A DNA stretch of 64,000 nt from Pelagomonas calceolata (GCA_918797485.1 CAKKNE010000001.1:2480001-2544000), one strand, 5' to 3'. Positions 40,573 to 51,040 are shown, counted from the stretch's first letter. A program made the numbers and translations. Notes: a model not told the origin generated them from the letters alone.

Positions 40573-41256
40573 ATGAGCGCGCCGGACAAGGCACCGTCAT
40601 CCACCATGTCGCTGACCACGCTCATGGGCAGCATCTCCTGCGGCTTCGGTCTGGCGGCCGACAACGGCAGCGACGACGGGTCGGAGAGCACGCTCGCGGA
40701 CCCGCACCTCACGGAGGTGAGGTTGGAGGCGCGCGCGCCGGCGGCCCCCTTCTCGCCCTTTTCTGATGAAGGCGACGCCGCGGCGCGGGAAAGAGCGTGG
40801 GGCGGCGAAGCGCCGCGGACGCCCCGGGAGACGAACGGCGAGAGTATCGGGAGGGCCCTGCGGCAGCTGAGGTTGTTTGGGTCTTCCGACGACGTGACGG
40901 ACGACGTGCCGCCGACGCCGGGAGGCACGCGCGACGTCGTGCTGCAGGTGGTCCAGCGGCGGCGGACGGCTAGAGCGGCGCGCGCGCCGGCCCACGCCGC
41001 GGGAAGGCCCTGGCCGCCGTCGCCGCCCGACCCGTCGCAGGGCTACGACGCCGCCGTGGCCGTGTCGACGCGGCAGCAGGCGACGTCGCGGCTCCACGAG
41101 TGGCTCCTGTCGCGGGGCCTCGGCGCGCACTTCGGGGCGCTGGAGCGCCTCGGGGCGAAGCGCGTGTCTGATTTGGCCCTGCTGACCTCCGACGATTTCG
41201 ACCAGCTGGGCGTGAGCGCGGCGGAGCGGGAGCTGTTCCGCATCGAGCTGCGGTAG
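40573..41256 (+). CDS. SAM-domain protein
   Basis: C-terminal LHEWLLSRGLGAH...DLALLTSDDFDQLGV. Confidence 0.75.
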   Translation: MSAPDKAPSSTMSLTTLMGSISCGFGLAADNGSDDGSESTLADPHLTEVRLEARAPAAPFSPFSDEGDAAARERAWGGEAPRTPRETNGESIGRALRQLRLFGSSDDVTDDVPPTPGGTRDVVLQVVQRRRTARAARAPAHAAGRPWPPSPPDPSQGYDAAVAVSTRQQATSRLHEWLLSRGLGAHFGALERLGAKRVSDLALLTSDDFDQLGVSAAERELFRIELR

Positions 41257-42030
41257 TGGTTTTTTTCTTTGTCTTCTCGTAAGTTTTGGTTTAGTGTGTG
41301 TCACGGTGCGTCTAGATATAGTTTGATAAACTATTACAACAGCGCTCCGTGTTGCGGAGACAGAGACTAGATCGACCCGCCGCCGGCCCGAAGGCGCGAG
41401 AACGCCAGCAGGGCGCAGGCCAAATCCAATCCGATCAGACGCGCGGGCCGTTCTCGGCCAGCGCGCGCCGCCGCGGCGACGGCGCACGGCGACTGCGTGG
41501 CGTCCAGAGAAGCGGCAGGCGACGGCGCGACGGGCGGCGGCGCGCAGAGCGGTCCAGGAGCGGCAACAGCAGCAGCAGCGAGCGGCGTCGGAACAGAGGG
41601 CGGCGACGGCACGATGGCGGACTTCTTCTTGCGAGAGCCGCCGCGCACTTTCCAAATCCTCAGCCGCGTGTGTGACGTCGTCGCCTTAATTCGAATGGCG
41701 CTGGCCCACTTGGACCCGCACCCTTTCAATGAATTGGCTGCGCCGCCAAGAGAGGACGTGTCTGACAGCTCCTAGTACGACGTCCGTCCATTTCAGTTCG
41801 ATTTCCACTAGGATCTGATCATATTGCCCATGTTGGCATCGCTGAGCGGAAGGTGCGGGGCCCGGGCCCGTCGTCGTCGTGGCCGGCCGCGCGGAGGGGT
41901 AAAAGGAGGGGTAAAAGGATCGGCGGAGACACCTCCGTTCTCCGCTCGTAATGGCGGCCCCACTAGCCCACAGTTGCATGGTGGACGAAGGCGTTGGTAA
42001 TTGGCGCCGCCCTCACGCAGTTTGCCCCCT

Positions 42031-43521
42031 ATGGCCGAGCGGAAGGTCACAGCGAAACGCGCAGTCACCGGCAATGGGCCGGTGATCGTGGTGGCTCCCG
42101 GCGTCACGGTTTCACGACTGCATTTGTAACGCCGCAGCGGCGCTGGGCCCAAGACCGAGCACCGCCCGCCGGATGGCCGCGCGCACAGCCCTACGGCGGC
42201 TGCGCAGCGCGGCCGGCGCCGGCGGCGCCGCTTTTTCGCCCGCGTGACGCTCCGCCGCCGGTTAGGGTCCGGACGCCAACCGCCCCACACACCCCACGCA
42301 ACGCAGGTCAAGGGCGCCTGGTCCCCCGCCGAGGACGAGCTCCTGCTGCGCGCGATCGAGGGCCACGGCACGCGCAAGTGGTCCGTCCTCGCGGCGCACC
42401 TGCCGGGCCGCACGGGCAAGCAGTGCCGGGAGCGGTGGCACAACCAGCTGAACCCCGACATCAGCAAGCTGCCCTGGACGGCCGCCGAGGACAAGGTCAT
42501 CCTGCGGAGCTACGCGCGGTGCGGCGCGCGCTGGGCCGACATCGCCCAGGCCCTGCCGGGGCGCACGGACAACGCCGTCAAGAACCGCTGGAACTGTTCG
42601 ATGCGGCGGAAGATCGAGCAGTTCGTGTCTGATGAGGCGGCCCAAGGCGCCACGGCCCCGGACGTGCCCGGCGCGTCGACGGCGGCCCTCCCGCTCCTAT
42701 TGGACGACGACCGCGTCGATCGCGCCGTCGCGGTCATCCGCAAGTCGGCGCCGCCCGCCCGGAGCAAGCGCGCCGCGCCGTCCTCGTCCGCGCCGCGGAA
42801 GCGGCCCGCGGCTTTACTCCGGCTCCAGTCCTGGCCGTCGACGGCGTCGGATTCTACGGTAATGGTCGAGGGCCACCAGCCCTGCTACTGCCGCGCGTCC
42901 AAGTGCCTCAAGCTGTATTGTGCGTGCTTTGCCGCGGGCAAGCCGTGCGACGGCTGCAACTGCCAGGGCTGCCTGAACGTCGACGGCGGCGCGCAACGCG
43001 AAGCCGCGGTGAAAGCCACGCTCGCGCGGGACCCCGACGCCTTCGCGTCGCGCAAGACGAAGGGCCGCGCGTGCGCGTGCAAGCGGAGCCGCTGCCTGAA
43101 GCGCTACTGCGAGTGCTTCGAGGCGGGCCAGTTCTGCGCCGACGACTGCGTCTGCCTCGACTGCGAGAACACGGAGCGCGGCGCCGTCGGCCGCAGTCAA
43201 CAAGCGCGCAAGCCGGACGCGGAGGTGCTCCGGGGCGCGTCGGCCATGTGCTTCGTGCGGTCGTCGTCGCCGCCGCCGCCGCCTCCTTCCGTGACGCCGC
43301 CGGACGGGCGGGCGTCGTCTCCCCGAAATGTGGTGGAGGGCGCGCCGAAGGTGCCCGGTTTGGAACGGATCGTGTCGCTCGAGCGCGCGGCGTCGCTGCA
43401 CCTCGACACGCTCGCGACGCTCGCGTCGAAGGGCTCGCCCTTGCAACCCTCCGTGACGCCGGACACGGTCGCGCAGCACTTCTCGGAGCCCATCGCCGCG
43501 GAACGCGCCGTCGCCGTCTGA
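42031..43521 (+). CDS. Two-repeat MYB transcription factor fused to a tesmin/CRC (CXC-CXC) domain; first exon uncertain, acceptor at 42306
   Basis: VKGAWSPAEDELL..GRTGKQCRERWHNQLNP..GRTDNAVKNRWN; CYCRASKCLKLYCACFAAG..C.C.GC.N; CACKRSRCLKRYCECF. Confidence 0.9.
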
Positions 43522-43593
43522 GACGCTTGAAGAAGGGGCCCCGGCCAAGTTTTAGGGGCCTAACAATACCAAAGATTAGCGCGACGACGACGT

Positions 43594-45504
43594 TCAGCGC
43601 CGTGGGTAGTAGTCGTCGCGCCGGCCCCGCGGCGGCGGCTCGCGCCGGCGCTCGCGCGAACGGCTCCGGCTCCGGCGGCGCCGCGGCGAGCGCGCGCGCT
43701 CGCGCCGGCGCTCGCGGGACCGCGACCGCGACCGGGGGCGGCGCTGAATCGGCGCGCGCGGCGAGCGCGGCTTCTGCGGCGCCGGCGCCGGCGCCGGAGG
43801 AAGCGTCCGCACCGCGAAGCCCGTGGGCGGCAGCATCGCCGGCGGCACGAGGTCGCGCTCGTCCACCAGATCCGCCGCGTCGCAGGGCTCGCCGTCGCAG
43901 TCCGACGAGTCTTCCTCGGCCGCTTGCACGACCGGAGGCTTCGGCTGTACGGGCCGCTCGCGCCGCGCGGCCTCCGCCGCCAACGCGACGGCCTCCTCGC
44001 ACGACGCGCCCGACAGCCGCGCCCTCGAGAACCTTCTAGCTCGATTGACGCGCCGCGCGATCCGCCGCCAGTCGTCGCCGTCGAAGACCCCTGCCTGGCG
44101 CGCCCTCCTCTTCAAAGCCAGCACGTCGGGCCGCTCGCCCTGATGAGCATGCACGTCGTCGTCGTCGTTCTCATCGAAGAAGAAGGCGGATTCCAGACCG
44201 TGGACGAACGCGGGTGGAAACAGGGACCACCGGAGCCACGCTTGTAGAGTGGCCTCGACGCGCCTTTCGAAACGTTCCTTCGCTATCCTATGTGTCGTCG
44301 CGTGTCTCGCTTTCGCTAACGACTCTAAAGCTTCGGGCAGCCACCGTTGGATCGTCGTTCGAAAGGTCGCGCCGGTTCTCGACGAAGAGGCGTTCCTCAG
44401 CACATCCGAGATCAAGAATAGTCGCGCTGCTCTTGACGCTAGGGACGTCGTCATGGCGCATCTACAAATAGATCGTTTCAGTATTAAGCAAACATCAGGG
44501 GCGGACGTCGCGGCGTCGTAGCAACGTAATAAAGCCTCGGCGATCAGCGCACGGGAACACGTCAGCCCCTCGACACTTAATACTAACATCTCCCGCTCCT
44601 CGACCGTGAGCTTGCGGTGCTTCCCTCTGGCTCTATTAGCTTCTCTCGCCCTCTCAGCTTGTCTACCGGTCATAAATTCTTCTTCTCTTTCTTCAAGCGG
44701 CTCCGGCGACGGACTGCGAGACCGTTCCGAACCAGGAGGCACCCAGAAGGGCCCCGGGTCCGCCATGCGGAAGGGCTGGGGGCTGCGCGCCCCCATGAGC
44801 AGCGTCCAGACCCGACATCGGTAATACGTTTGCACCAATGATTTCCGCCGCAAGAAACTAAATAACGGGTTCTCCTTCTCCCGCTCCCGTATGACATCCT
44901 CGACACCCGGGTCCTCGACAACAATCTCCGCGAGTCGGTCCGCAATATCTTTTTGCTCCGGGTCGGCGGGAATAACAACAGAGATCCGCGCGTCACAATC
45001 CTTCATCGGTGTCATACCCGTGGCCTTCATGAGCACCTGCTTCGCGCGGGCTTGGGCTTCCGCCGCGAGATCGGATAAAGACGGGCCCGCAGGTTGTTGA
45101 GGCACGCGCGCCTCGGGCACGGCCTTGCCCCAGCCGACCTTGATCCGTTTCCCGTCCACGTACTCGCCGTCCAGCGAATCCTTGGCGGCGCAGGCGTCCT
45201 GCCGCTTCGAGTACTGGACGAAGCCGCAGTTCCGGCCGCGCCGCCGCTCCTCGTCCGTCCGCGGCCACATGATCTTCACGGATTCAAGTTGCCCATACCG
45301 CGCGAAGATCTTGGCGAGCTGCGCCTCCGTCGTCGCCGGCGAGATGTTGCCCACGTAGAGATTCGTCGTCGATCTATCCCCATCCGGGTACGACCCCTTG
45401 ATGGGTAATTGCGGCTCGCCGGCCTGCCTCGTCTTCAGCTCCTCGAGGAAGGCGTCGATCTGCCGCCCCTTCCGCTCGGGCTTTCGTTCCGGCTCGTCGC
45501 TCAT
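43594..45504 (-). CDS. U2SURP: U2 snRNP-associated SURP protein SR140 (RRM-SURP-CID-RS)
   Basis: IDAFLEELK, TTNLYVGN, VKIMWPRTDEE..RNCGFV, VGWGKAV, NPLFSFL, RLFLISDVL.N, RS tail. Confidence 0.92.
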   Translation of the reverse strand: MSDEPERKPERKGRQIDAFLEELKTRQAGEPQLPIKGSYPDGDRSTTNLYVGNISPATTEAQLAKIFARYGQLESVKIMWPRTDEERRRGRNCGFVQYSKRQDACAAKDSLDGEYVDGKRIKVGWGKAVPEARVPQQPAGPSLSDLAAEAQARAKQVLMKATGMTPMKDCDARISVVIPADPEQKDIADRLAEIVVEDPGVEDVIREREKENPLFSFLRRKSLVQTYYRCRVWTLLMGARSPQPFRMADPGPFWVPPGSERSRSPSPEPLEEREEEFMTGRQAERAREANRARGKHRKLTVEEREMLVLSVEGLTCSRALIAEALLRCYDAATSAPDVCLILKRSICRCAMTTSLASRAARLFLISDVLRNASSSRTGATFRTTIQRWLPEALESLAKARHATTHRIAKERFERRVEATLQAWLRWSLFPPAFVHGLESAFFFDENDDDDVHAHQGERPDVLALKRRARQAGVFDGDDWRRIARRVNRARRFSRARLSGASCEEAVALAAEAARRERPVQPKPPVVQAAEEDSSDCDGEPCDAADLVDERDLVPPAMLPPTGFAVRTLPPAPAPAPQKPRSPRAPIQRRPRSRSRSRERRRERARSPRRRRSRSRSRERRREPPPRGRRDDYYPRR

Positions 45505-45793
45505 CGCGAACGCGACGGGCGCGCCGCCCGCCCTCACGAAGCTCGCGTCATACGTTTGGGGCGGCGCCGGCGGCTGGCGCTCGAAGCGGGTCCCCTGACT
45601 CTGAATTGGTCGCCTCGATCGGTTTGGGGGGTCGCACTCGCGCTGGCGGTGGGCCTCGACGGCGGCGGCCGGGCGCATGGTTGCACGGGCGTCGCTCTCA
45701 GAGCAGGCGAGTTGTTTTTTTGAGATCCCGTCGCCGCGCACTCTCGATGCCCGGCGCGTCAAATCGCGTCCAAACGCTGTCACTATTTTTCGA

Positions 45794-45845
45794 GCTAGAG
45801 CGCATGTAACACACTAGCAAGGCTAGTATGTCACAGACCGCTAGC
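45794..45845. promoter_or_regulatory. Two back-to-back, outward-pointing CTAG motifs between divergent genes
   Basis: 45794-45821 reverse (CTTGCTAGTGTGTTACATGCGCTCTAGC) and 45822-45845 forward (GCTAGTATGTCACAGACCGCTAGC). Confidence 0.65.
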
Positions 45846-45937
45846 TGCCCTTGCAGATTGAAGACACTATCAAGCAAGCCCTTTGGGGACGCGTCGACGG
45901 CGTGAGGCTGCCCAAAGCCAAGGAGGGACGCGGTACG

Positions 45938-47059
45938 ATGATCCTCACGCAGTGCGCCGTCTGCGCCACGGACCTTGGCTTAACCAGGGGCAAAAAATGC
46001 GGCCGCTGCAGTACGCGCTACTGTGGGCCCGCATGCCAGAAACAACACTGGGAAGAGGGCGGCCACGACCAGCTCTGTAAGAAAATAAAAAAAGCTGGCG
46101 GCGCTGAGCAATATAACGCAAATAAGAAGTACACGGAGGTCGTTTCGGTCGCGGCGGAGGCTTGCGCGGAGGACACGAAGGGCCAGACGTGCTACATCTG
46201 CACGCAGGCCCTTCACTCGAAAACGAAGGAGGGCCTCGTGCGCATGTGTGCGTGCAGCGGAACGTCGGGCTTCGCGCACGTGTCGTGTCTGGCGGAGCAG
46301 GCGAAGATTTTGGTTGCGGAGGCCGAGGAGAACAATTTGGAGCAGCAACCGAGGTGGGAGCGGTGGCACAAGTGCGGCCTGTGCGAGCAAGATTGCTACG
46401 GTATCGTGCGGTGCGCGCTCGGGTGGGCGTGCTGGAAGACGTACTTGGGCCGGCCGGAGACGGACTGGCATCGGACTGCCGCGATATCGGAGCATGGGAA
46501 TGGTTTACTAGAAACAGGACTGTACGAGGACGCGCTGTCCGTGAAAGAGACCGAGTTGGCTACGTTGCGGCGCATTGGCACATTAGCACACAACATCCTC
46601 GACGTACAGGGCAATCTTGCGGTGACGTATGCAAAGCTAGAGCGGCACGAATTGGCCTTACGAATGAAGCGAATCGTTTACTCTGGATACTTGAAGCTCA
46701 AGGGCGAGGAACATACAGATACCCTCATATCGGCCAACAACTACGTGGACTCCCTGATCCAGCTACAGCGCTACAAAACAGTAATGTCTTTGTTGCGCAA
46801 AACGCTGCCCATAGCGCGACGCGTCCTCGGAGAGGATCATCATCTCACGCTCCGGATGCGCTTCAATTACGCGAGGGCGCTCCACCAGGACCCCGCCGCC
46901 ACGCTCGACGATCGCCGCGAGTCCGTGACGACGCTCGAGGACGCGGAACGGACCGCGCGGCGCGTGTTCGGTGGCGCGCACCCGTTCGTAGAGCAGGTTG
47001 AACATTTCTTGCGAGAGTCCCGAGGCCTCTTGCATAAAAAGAGAAAAACCTCAGGCTAG
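45938..47059 (+). CDS. MYND zinc finger + RING-CH (RINGv) + TPR protein
   Basis: CAVC..CGRC..YCGPACQKQHW..H..LC; CYIC..CACSG...AHVSCL..CGLC; kinesin-light-chain-type TPRs (GEEHTDTL, LGEDHHLT). Confidence 0.88.
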   Translation: MILTQCAVCATDLGLTRGKKCGRCSTRYCGPACQKQHWEEGGHDQLCKKIKKAGGAEQYNANKKYTEVVSVAAEACAEDTKGQTCYICTQALHSKTKEGLVRMCACSGTSGFAHVSCLAEQAKILVAEAEENNLEQQPRWERWHKCGLCEQDCYGIVRCALGWACWKTYLGRPETDWHRTAAISEHGNGLLETGLYEDALSVKETELATLRRIGTLAHNILDVQGNLAVTYAKLERHELALRMKRIVYSGYLKLKGEEHTDTLISANNYVDSLIQLQRYKTVMSLLRKTLPIARRVLGEDHHLTLRMRFNYARALHQDPAATLDDRRESVTTLEDAERTARRVFGGAHPFVEQVEHFLRESRGLLHKKRKTSG

Positions 47060-47092
47060 GCTACTCCTTCCCCTCGTAACAGTACACACTAT

Positions 47093-47107
47093 CCTAGCAC
47101 CGTAACA
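47093..47107 (+). repeat. Family A terminal fragment
   Basis: CCTAGCACCGTAACA identical to 17220-17234. Confidence 0.6.
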
Positions 47108-47170
47108 GTAACACGCGGCCCACCGACAACAACGAGTTGCACACAAAAAAAAAACACGTATACACTACCA

Positions 47171-48445
47171 CTACGTCCTCGCCCGGTCCGCGCCCGTGTT
47201 GAACGTCTTCCCGAGGAGCATCTCCTGGTCGAACTCGGTCAGGAACTTGGCCTTGTCGACCTTGCGCGCCCGGGCGATGTGGTCCGCGCGCAGGCCCCGG
47301 GCCCGGGCGCGGCCCGCCGCCGCCGCCTCGAGGGCGCCCGCGTCGCCGGCGGCCCAGACCTCCAACTCGTCGACGTCCACCCACCCGCCGTCGCGGCGCA
47401 CCGTCGCGTCGTCGACGAGAGCCAGACTCTCGAACGCCAGGGATCGTCCGACCTTAATACGCGCGTCGCCGAGTTCCGTGGGGACGTGCACGGCGCCGTC
47501 ACCGATGATCAGGCCCTTCGGAACGCTGGCCGAGCCCTTCGTGTTCAGGTAGAGCAGGTCCTGAGATTGCCCCGCGCGGGGCCGCGCGACGGCGAAGGCC
47601 GGCGCGAACGTGTACAGGCGGCAGCCGCCGGCCCCGAACGGCTTCCGGTCGTCCCGCCAGGCCTCGTCCGCGAGCACGCCGAAGGTGCGGGCGCCGGCGC
47701 GCGCAACTAACAACGTGGGGCCCGCCCAGCCCAGGATCTCGCGGCAGAGGCGCTGGAAGGACCAGCCGTCCTTGGACGACGCGTAGAGCGGCCGCAGGAG
47801 GCCGCCGTACGTCCGCACATCAGACAGGAGGAGGCACGCTCGTACCGAAGCGGGTGCGAGCAAGCCGCTCGCCGCGGGTATCGTGGGCGCGGGCCGCGCG
47901 TCGTCCAGGAACCGCCGCCGCGCCCACGCCGCGTAGGCGTCCGCGAGGCCCGGCGCGTTCCGGTCGCACCAGCGCGCGCAGGCGCCCGCGTCTTCATACA
48001 TAGAGAGGGCGCGCTCCACCGCCGGCGATGGTTCCGCCCCGACGAGGGAAAACATCAGAGCCGCGAGCCGCTTCGTCTGCGCCGCGTCGCAGGCATCACT
48101 CAACGTCCGCACGCCGAGGCCGGCCGTCACCACGTGCTCCAAGCGCCGCGACCGCGAGCCCCGCGTCGCGACTCCGCAGAACTCCAAGAACGCCCGGACG
48201 TCGACCGTCGCCGCCCGCGCCCGCGCCGCGTCGTAAAAGCTCGCGTGCCGCGCGGCCGCGGCGAAGTCGTCTTGCTTATTCTCGGCGATGGCGTCGAACG
48301 CGCCCTGGGCCAGCGCGCCGTCCGTGGCGTGCTCTGCGAAGCGCTTCAGCGCTTCGGCCAGCTCGGCGTCGCTCAGCGGGCCCGGGTCTAGAGTATCGTG
48401 TGGTGGTGGAGAGTCCCCAAGTGCGTCCGACAGGGCTTGGCCCAT
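47171..48445 (-). CDS. TLDc-domain protein (MEAK7/TLDC1-like)
   Basis: MGQ N-terminus (myristoylation-like); LYASSKDGWSF, GPTLLV, TFGV...W, ELEVW. Confidence 0.85.
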   Translation of the reverse strand: MGQALSDALGDSPPPHDTLDPGPLSDAELAEALKRFAEHATDGALAQGAFDAIAENKQDDFAAAARHASFYDAARARAATVDVRAFLEFCGVATRGSRSRRLEHVVTAGLGVRTLSDACDAAQTKRLAALMFSLVGAEPSPAVERALSMYEDAGACARWCDRNAPGLADAYAAWARRRFLDDARPAPTIPAASGLLAPASVRACLLLSDVRTYGGLLRPLYASSKDGWSFQRLCREILGWAGPTLLVARAGARTFGVLADEAWRDDRKPFGAGGCRLYTFAPAFAVARPRAGQSQDLLYLNTKGSASVPKGLIIGDGAVHVPTELGDARIKVGRSLAFESLALVDDATVRRDGGWVDVDELEVWAAGDAGALEAAAAGRARARGLRADHIARARKVDKAKFLTEFDQEMLLGKTFNTGADRART

Positions 48446-48579
48446 TATTTTTGGTCACTTTTGTTGCTGCCGCCGTCTGAATCTGGCAGCCGCGCGAAGC
48501 GTGCCGCTCGGCTTTGGTGATGTCAAATGCGTGCGTGACGTGCCGCACGAGTGCCAGTGCACCATGGGCGAAAAAAAAC

Positions 48580-48602
48580 CTAGTGTCTTACAGGCCGCTA
48601 GC
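48580..48602 (+). promoter_or_regulatory. CTAG-bounded upstream motif
   Basis: CTAGTGTCTTACAGGCCGCTAGC, 132 bp before ATG 48734. Confidence 0.7.
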
Positions 48603-48733
48603 CATGCCAGCCTAACTCGTAATCGACTGCGCTCTACAGCCGACGGGCTGCCATACACTGCCTCAACGCCATCGCCGCGGCTGAGCGCAGGCCGCAAGAG
48701 ACCTACCAACGCTACTTGTGGCCGAAAGCACAG

Positions 48734-50887
48734 ATGGGCGGCCAGGACGCCGTCGCCGGCTTCCGCGCCTCGCTCGGCGACCTGCGCAAGCTCTTTTCCC
48801 AGACGAGCGAGGCCGCGGACAATGCACAAAAAGCGCAGCAGGCCCGCGAGGCGAGCGACGCGGAGGCCGTGCGCGAGGGCGCGAAGGCCTTGGAGCTCGA
48901 GGCGCGGCGCGAGGCCCTCGAGACCGCTCTGAGCGCCGCAAGGAAGGACGCGAAGGCGCAGAAGGGTCGGGCCGACGCGGCGGAAGCGGCACTCAAGAAG
49001 CTGCAGGCCCAGGCCAAGCCCGAGGCCAAGGGCACCACGGAGAGATTGACAGCAGAGAACGAGAGATTAAGAAAGTTCCTGCGCGAGCTCAAGGCGCGGC
49101 TCGCGTCGGCGAACGAGGAGAAGAAGAAAGCGGAAGAGGCGGCCGAGGCCAAGGGCGTCGCTAGAGGTATTGAGAAGGGCAAAAGCGAACTCGACGAGGC
49201 CGTGAAGGAGGCCGAGTCGCGAGGCAAGGCCCAGGGCCTCGACGAGGGCCGCGCGGAGGCCGAGGCCGTCGACGACGTCGACGAGAAGGTACAGGAGGCG
49301 AAGCTCGCGGCGGCCGTCAAAGCGAAGGAGGAGGCCGTCGCGCGCGCCGCGGCCGCCGAGGAGAAGGCGTCGAAGGCCGAAGCTGAGCGGGACGCGCGCG
49401 TCGCCGCGGCCGAGCAGCAGGCGGCGGACGCGGCCGCGCGGGCCCTCGCGGACGCGCGCAGCGAGGACCGCGCGAACGCGGACGCGGCCGAGAAGGCCGC
49501 CGTCGCGCGCGCCGAGGCCGCCGAGGCGTCGGCGACGCGGCTGCGCGCGTTTCTGAGAGATCTGAAGCAGACGCTCGCGCGCAAGACCGAGGCGCACGAC
49601 GCGCTCGCGTCCGAGGTCGCGGGGCTGCGCGCCGCGGCGGCGGCCGCCGCCGCAGCGCCGCCGGCGCCGCCGAAGCGCAAGGCCGCGCCGCCGACGACCG
49701 CGGCGAAGCGGCCGAGGGCCGCGCCGCCGGCCGCCGCGCCGCCGGCCCCGGCGCCGGCGCCGACCGCGCCGCCGCCGCCGGCCGCGCCGCCGCCGCCGGC
49801 CGCGGAGCGCGCCGTGACGGAGGAGGCCGCGGTGGTCGAGCCGGAGCCGGCCGTCGTCGAGGACGAGCCGGCCGTCGTCGCCGCCGACGACGCCATGGAG
49901 GCCGAGGCCCCGGCGCCGCCCGCCGAGGCCGCGCCGGCACTGCCGGCCGTGACCGCGGGCGACGCCGCGGTGGCCGCGGCCTTCGGCGAGGCGCCCCCGG
50001 CCGCCGCGGCGCCGGAGGAGCCGGCGGCGGCGCCCGAGCCCGCCCCGGAGCCCGAGGCCGCCGCTTCCGAGCCGGCGCCGGCCGCCGCGCCCGCGCCCGA
50101 GGCCGAGCCCGAGCCCGCCCCGGAGCACGAGGCCGCCGCTTCCGAGCCGGCGCCGGCCGCCGCGCCCGCGCCCGAGGCCGAGCCCGAGCCCGCCCCGGAG
50201 CCCGAGGCCGCCGCTTCCGAGCCGGCGCCGGCCGCCGCGCCCGCGCCCGAGGCCGAGCCCGAGGCTGTCGCGGCGCCCGCGGCGATGGAGGCCGAGGCAG
50301 AGGTCGCAGAGCCAGCAGCGGCGATGGACGCCGAGCCGGAGCCGGAGCCGGCCGAGCCCGCGCCGGAGCCCGCGCCGGCCGAGGAACCCGCAGCCGTCGA
50401 GGAGTCCGAAGCGCCCGCAGCGATCGAGGAACCCGCGGCGGCCGACGACGCGCCTGCCGCGGACGAGGCCGCGGCGGAGCCGCCGGCAGCCCCCGAGGAG
50501 CCCGCGGAGGCCGAGGAGGAGCCCGCCGCCGACGCGGAGTCCGAGGCGCCCGTCACGGCGCCCGACGAGGACGACGCACCCGCGGAGGAGGAGGCGTCCG
50601 CGGCGCCGGACGACGGCGACGACGAGGCGGCGGCGTCCGTCGACCTCGGCGCCGCCGACGCCGACGGCGACGTCGAGGTCGTGGACGCGGCCGCGGACGA
50701 CGACGACGGCGCCGACGACATGGACGAGGACGCGCCCGAGGCCGCCGCCGCCGACGACGGCGGCGACGCGATGGACGAGGACGACGACGGCGACGCGGGC
50801 GCGGACGCCATGGACGAGGACGACGACGCCGTGGACGTGATCGACGTGGACGTCGACGACGACGTCATCGAGATCGACCAGGACTGA
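48734..50887 (+). CDS. Hypothetical coiled-coil protein with Ala/Pro/Glu repeats and acidic tail
   Basis: Heptad-rich N-half; low-complexity C-half. Confidence 0.8.
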   Translation: MGGQDAVAGFRASLGDLRKLFSQTSEAADNAQKAQQAREASDAEAVREGAKALELEARREALETALSAARKDAKAQKGRADAAEAALKKLQAQAKPEAKGTTERLTAENERLRKFLRELKARLASANEEKKKAEEAAEAKGVARGIEKGKSELDEAVKEAESRGKAQGLDEGRAEAEAVDDVDEKVQEAKLAAAVKAKEEAVARAAAAEEKASKAEAERDARVAAAEQQAADAAARALADARSEDRANADAAEKAAVARAEAAEASATRLRAFLRDLKQTLARKTEAHDALASEVAGLRAAAAAAAAAPPAPPKRKAAPPTTAAKRPRAAPPAAAPPAPAPAPTAPPPPAAPPPPAAERAVTEEAAVVEPEPAVVEDEPAVVAADDAMEAEAPAPPAEAAPALPAVTAGDAAVAAAFGEAPPAAAAPEEPAAAPEPAPEPEAAASEPAPAAAPAPEAEPEPAPEHEAAASEPAPAAAPAPEAEPEPAPEPEAAASEPAPAAAPAPEAEPEAVAAPAAMEAEAEVAEPAAAMDAEPEPEPAEPAPEPAPAEEPAAVEESEAPAAIEEPAAADDAPAADEAAAEPPAAPEEPAEAEEEPAADAESEAPVTAPDEDDAPAEEEASAAPDDGDDEAAASVDLGAADADGDVEVVDAAADDDDGADDMDEDAPEAAAADDGGDAMDEDDDGDAGADAMDEDDDAVDVIDVDVDDDVIEIDQD
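50033..50262 (+). repeat. Coding minisatellite, 3x 75 bp
   Basis: PEPAPEPEAAASEPAPAAAPAPEAE x3, near-identical at DNA level. Confidence 0.85.
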
Positions 50888-51040
50888 ATCTATATGCGTG
50901 TAACACATTCTCCTAAGCATTGGTCCGCCCCCAGACGCCATCGCCGCGGCCCCGGGCTAGGATTAGGCACTGCCGTTTACTAAGGGGGGGTTGCATGCAA
51001 GGGGGTGCGGGACGCGCGGGCGTCCACCGCGGGCGGCATG

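Noticed and set aside
41497..41775. Small ORF between the SAM and MYB genes
   Set aside because: No recognisable motif and weak coding signal
48712..50941. Long Ser/Ala-rich and Arg/Gly-rich antisense ORFs
   Set aside because: Mirror frames of the low-complexity plus-strand gene
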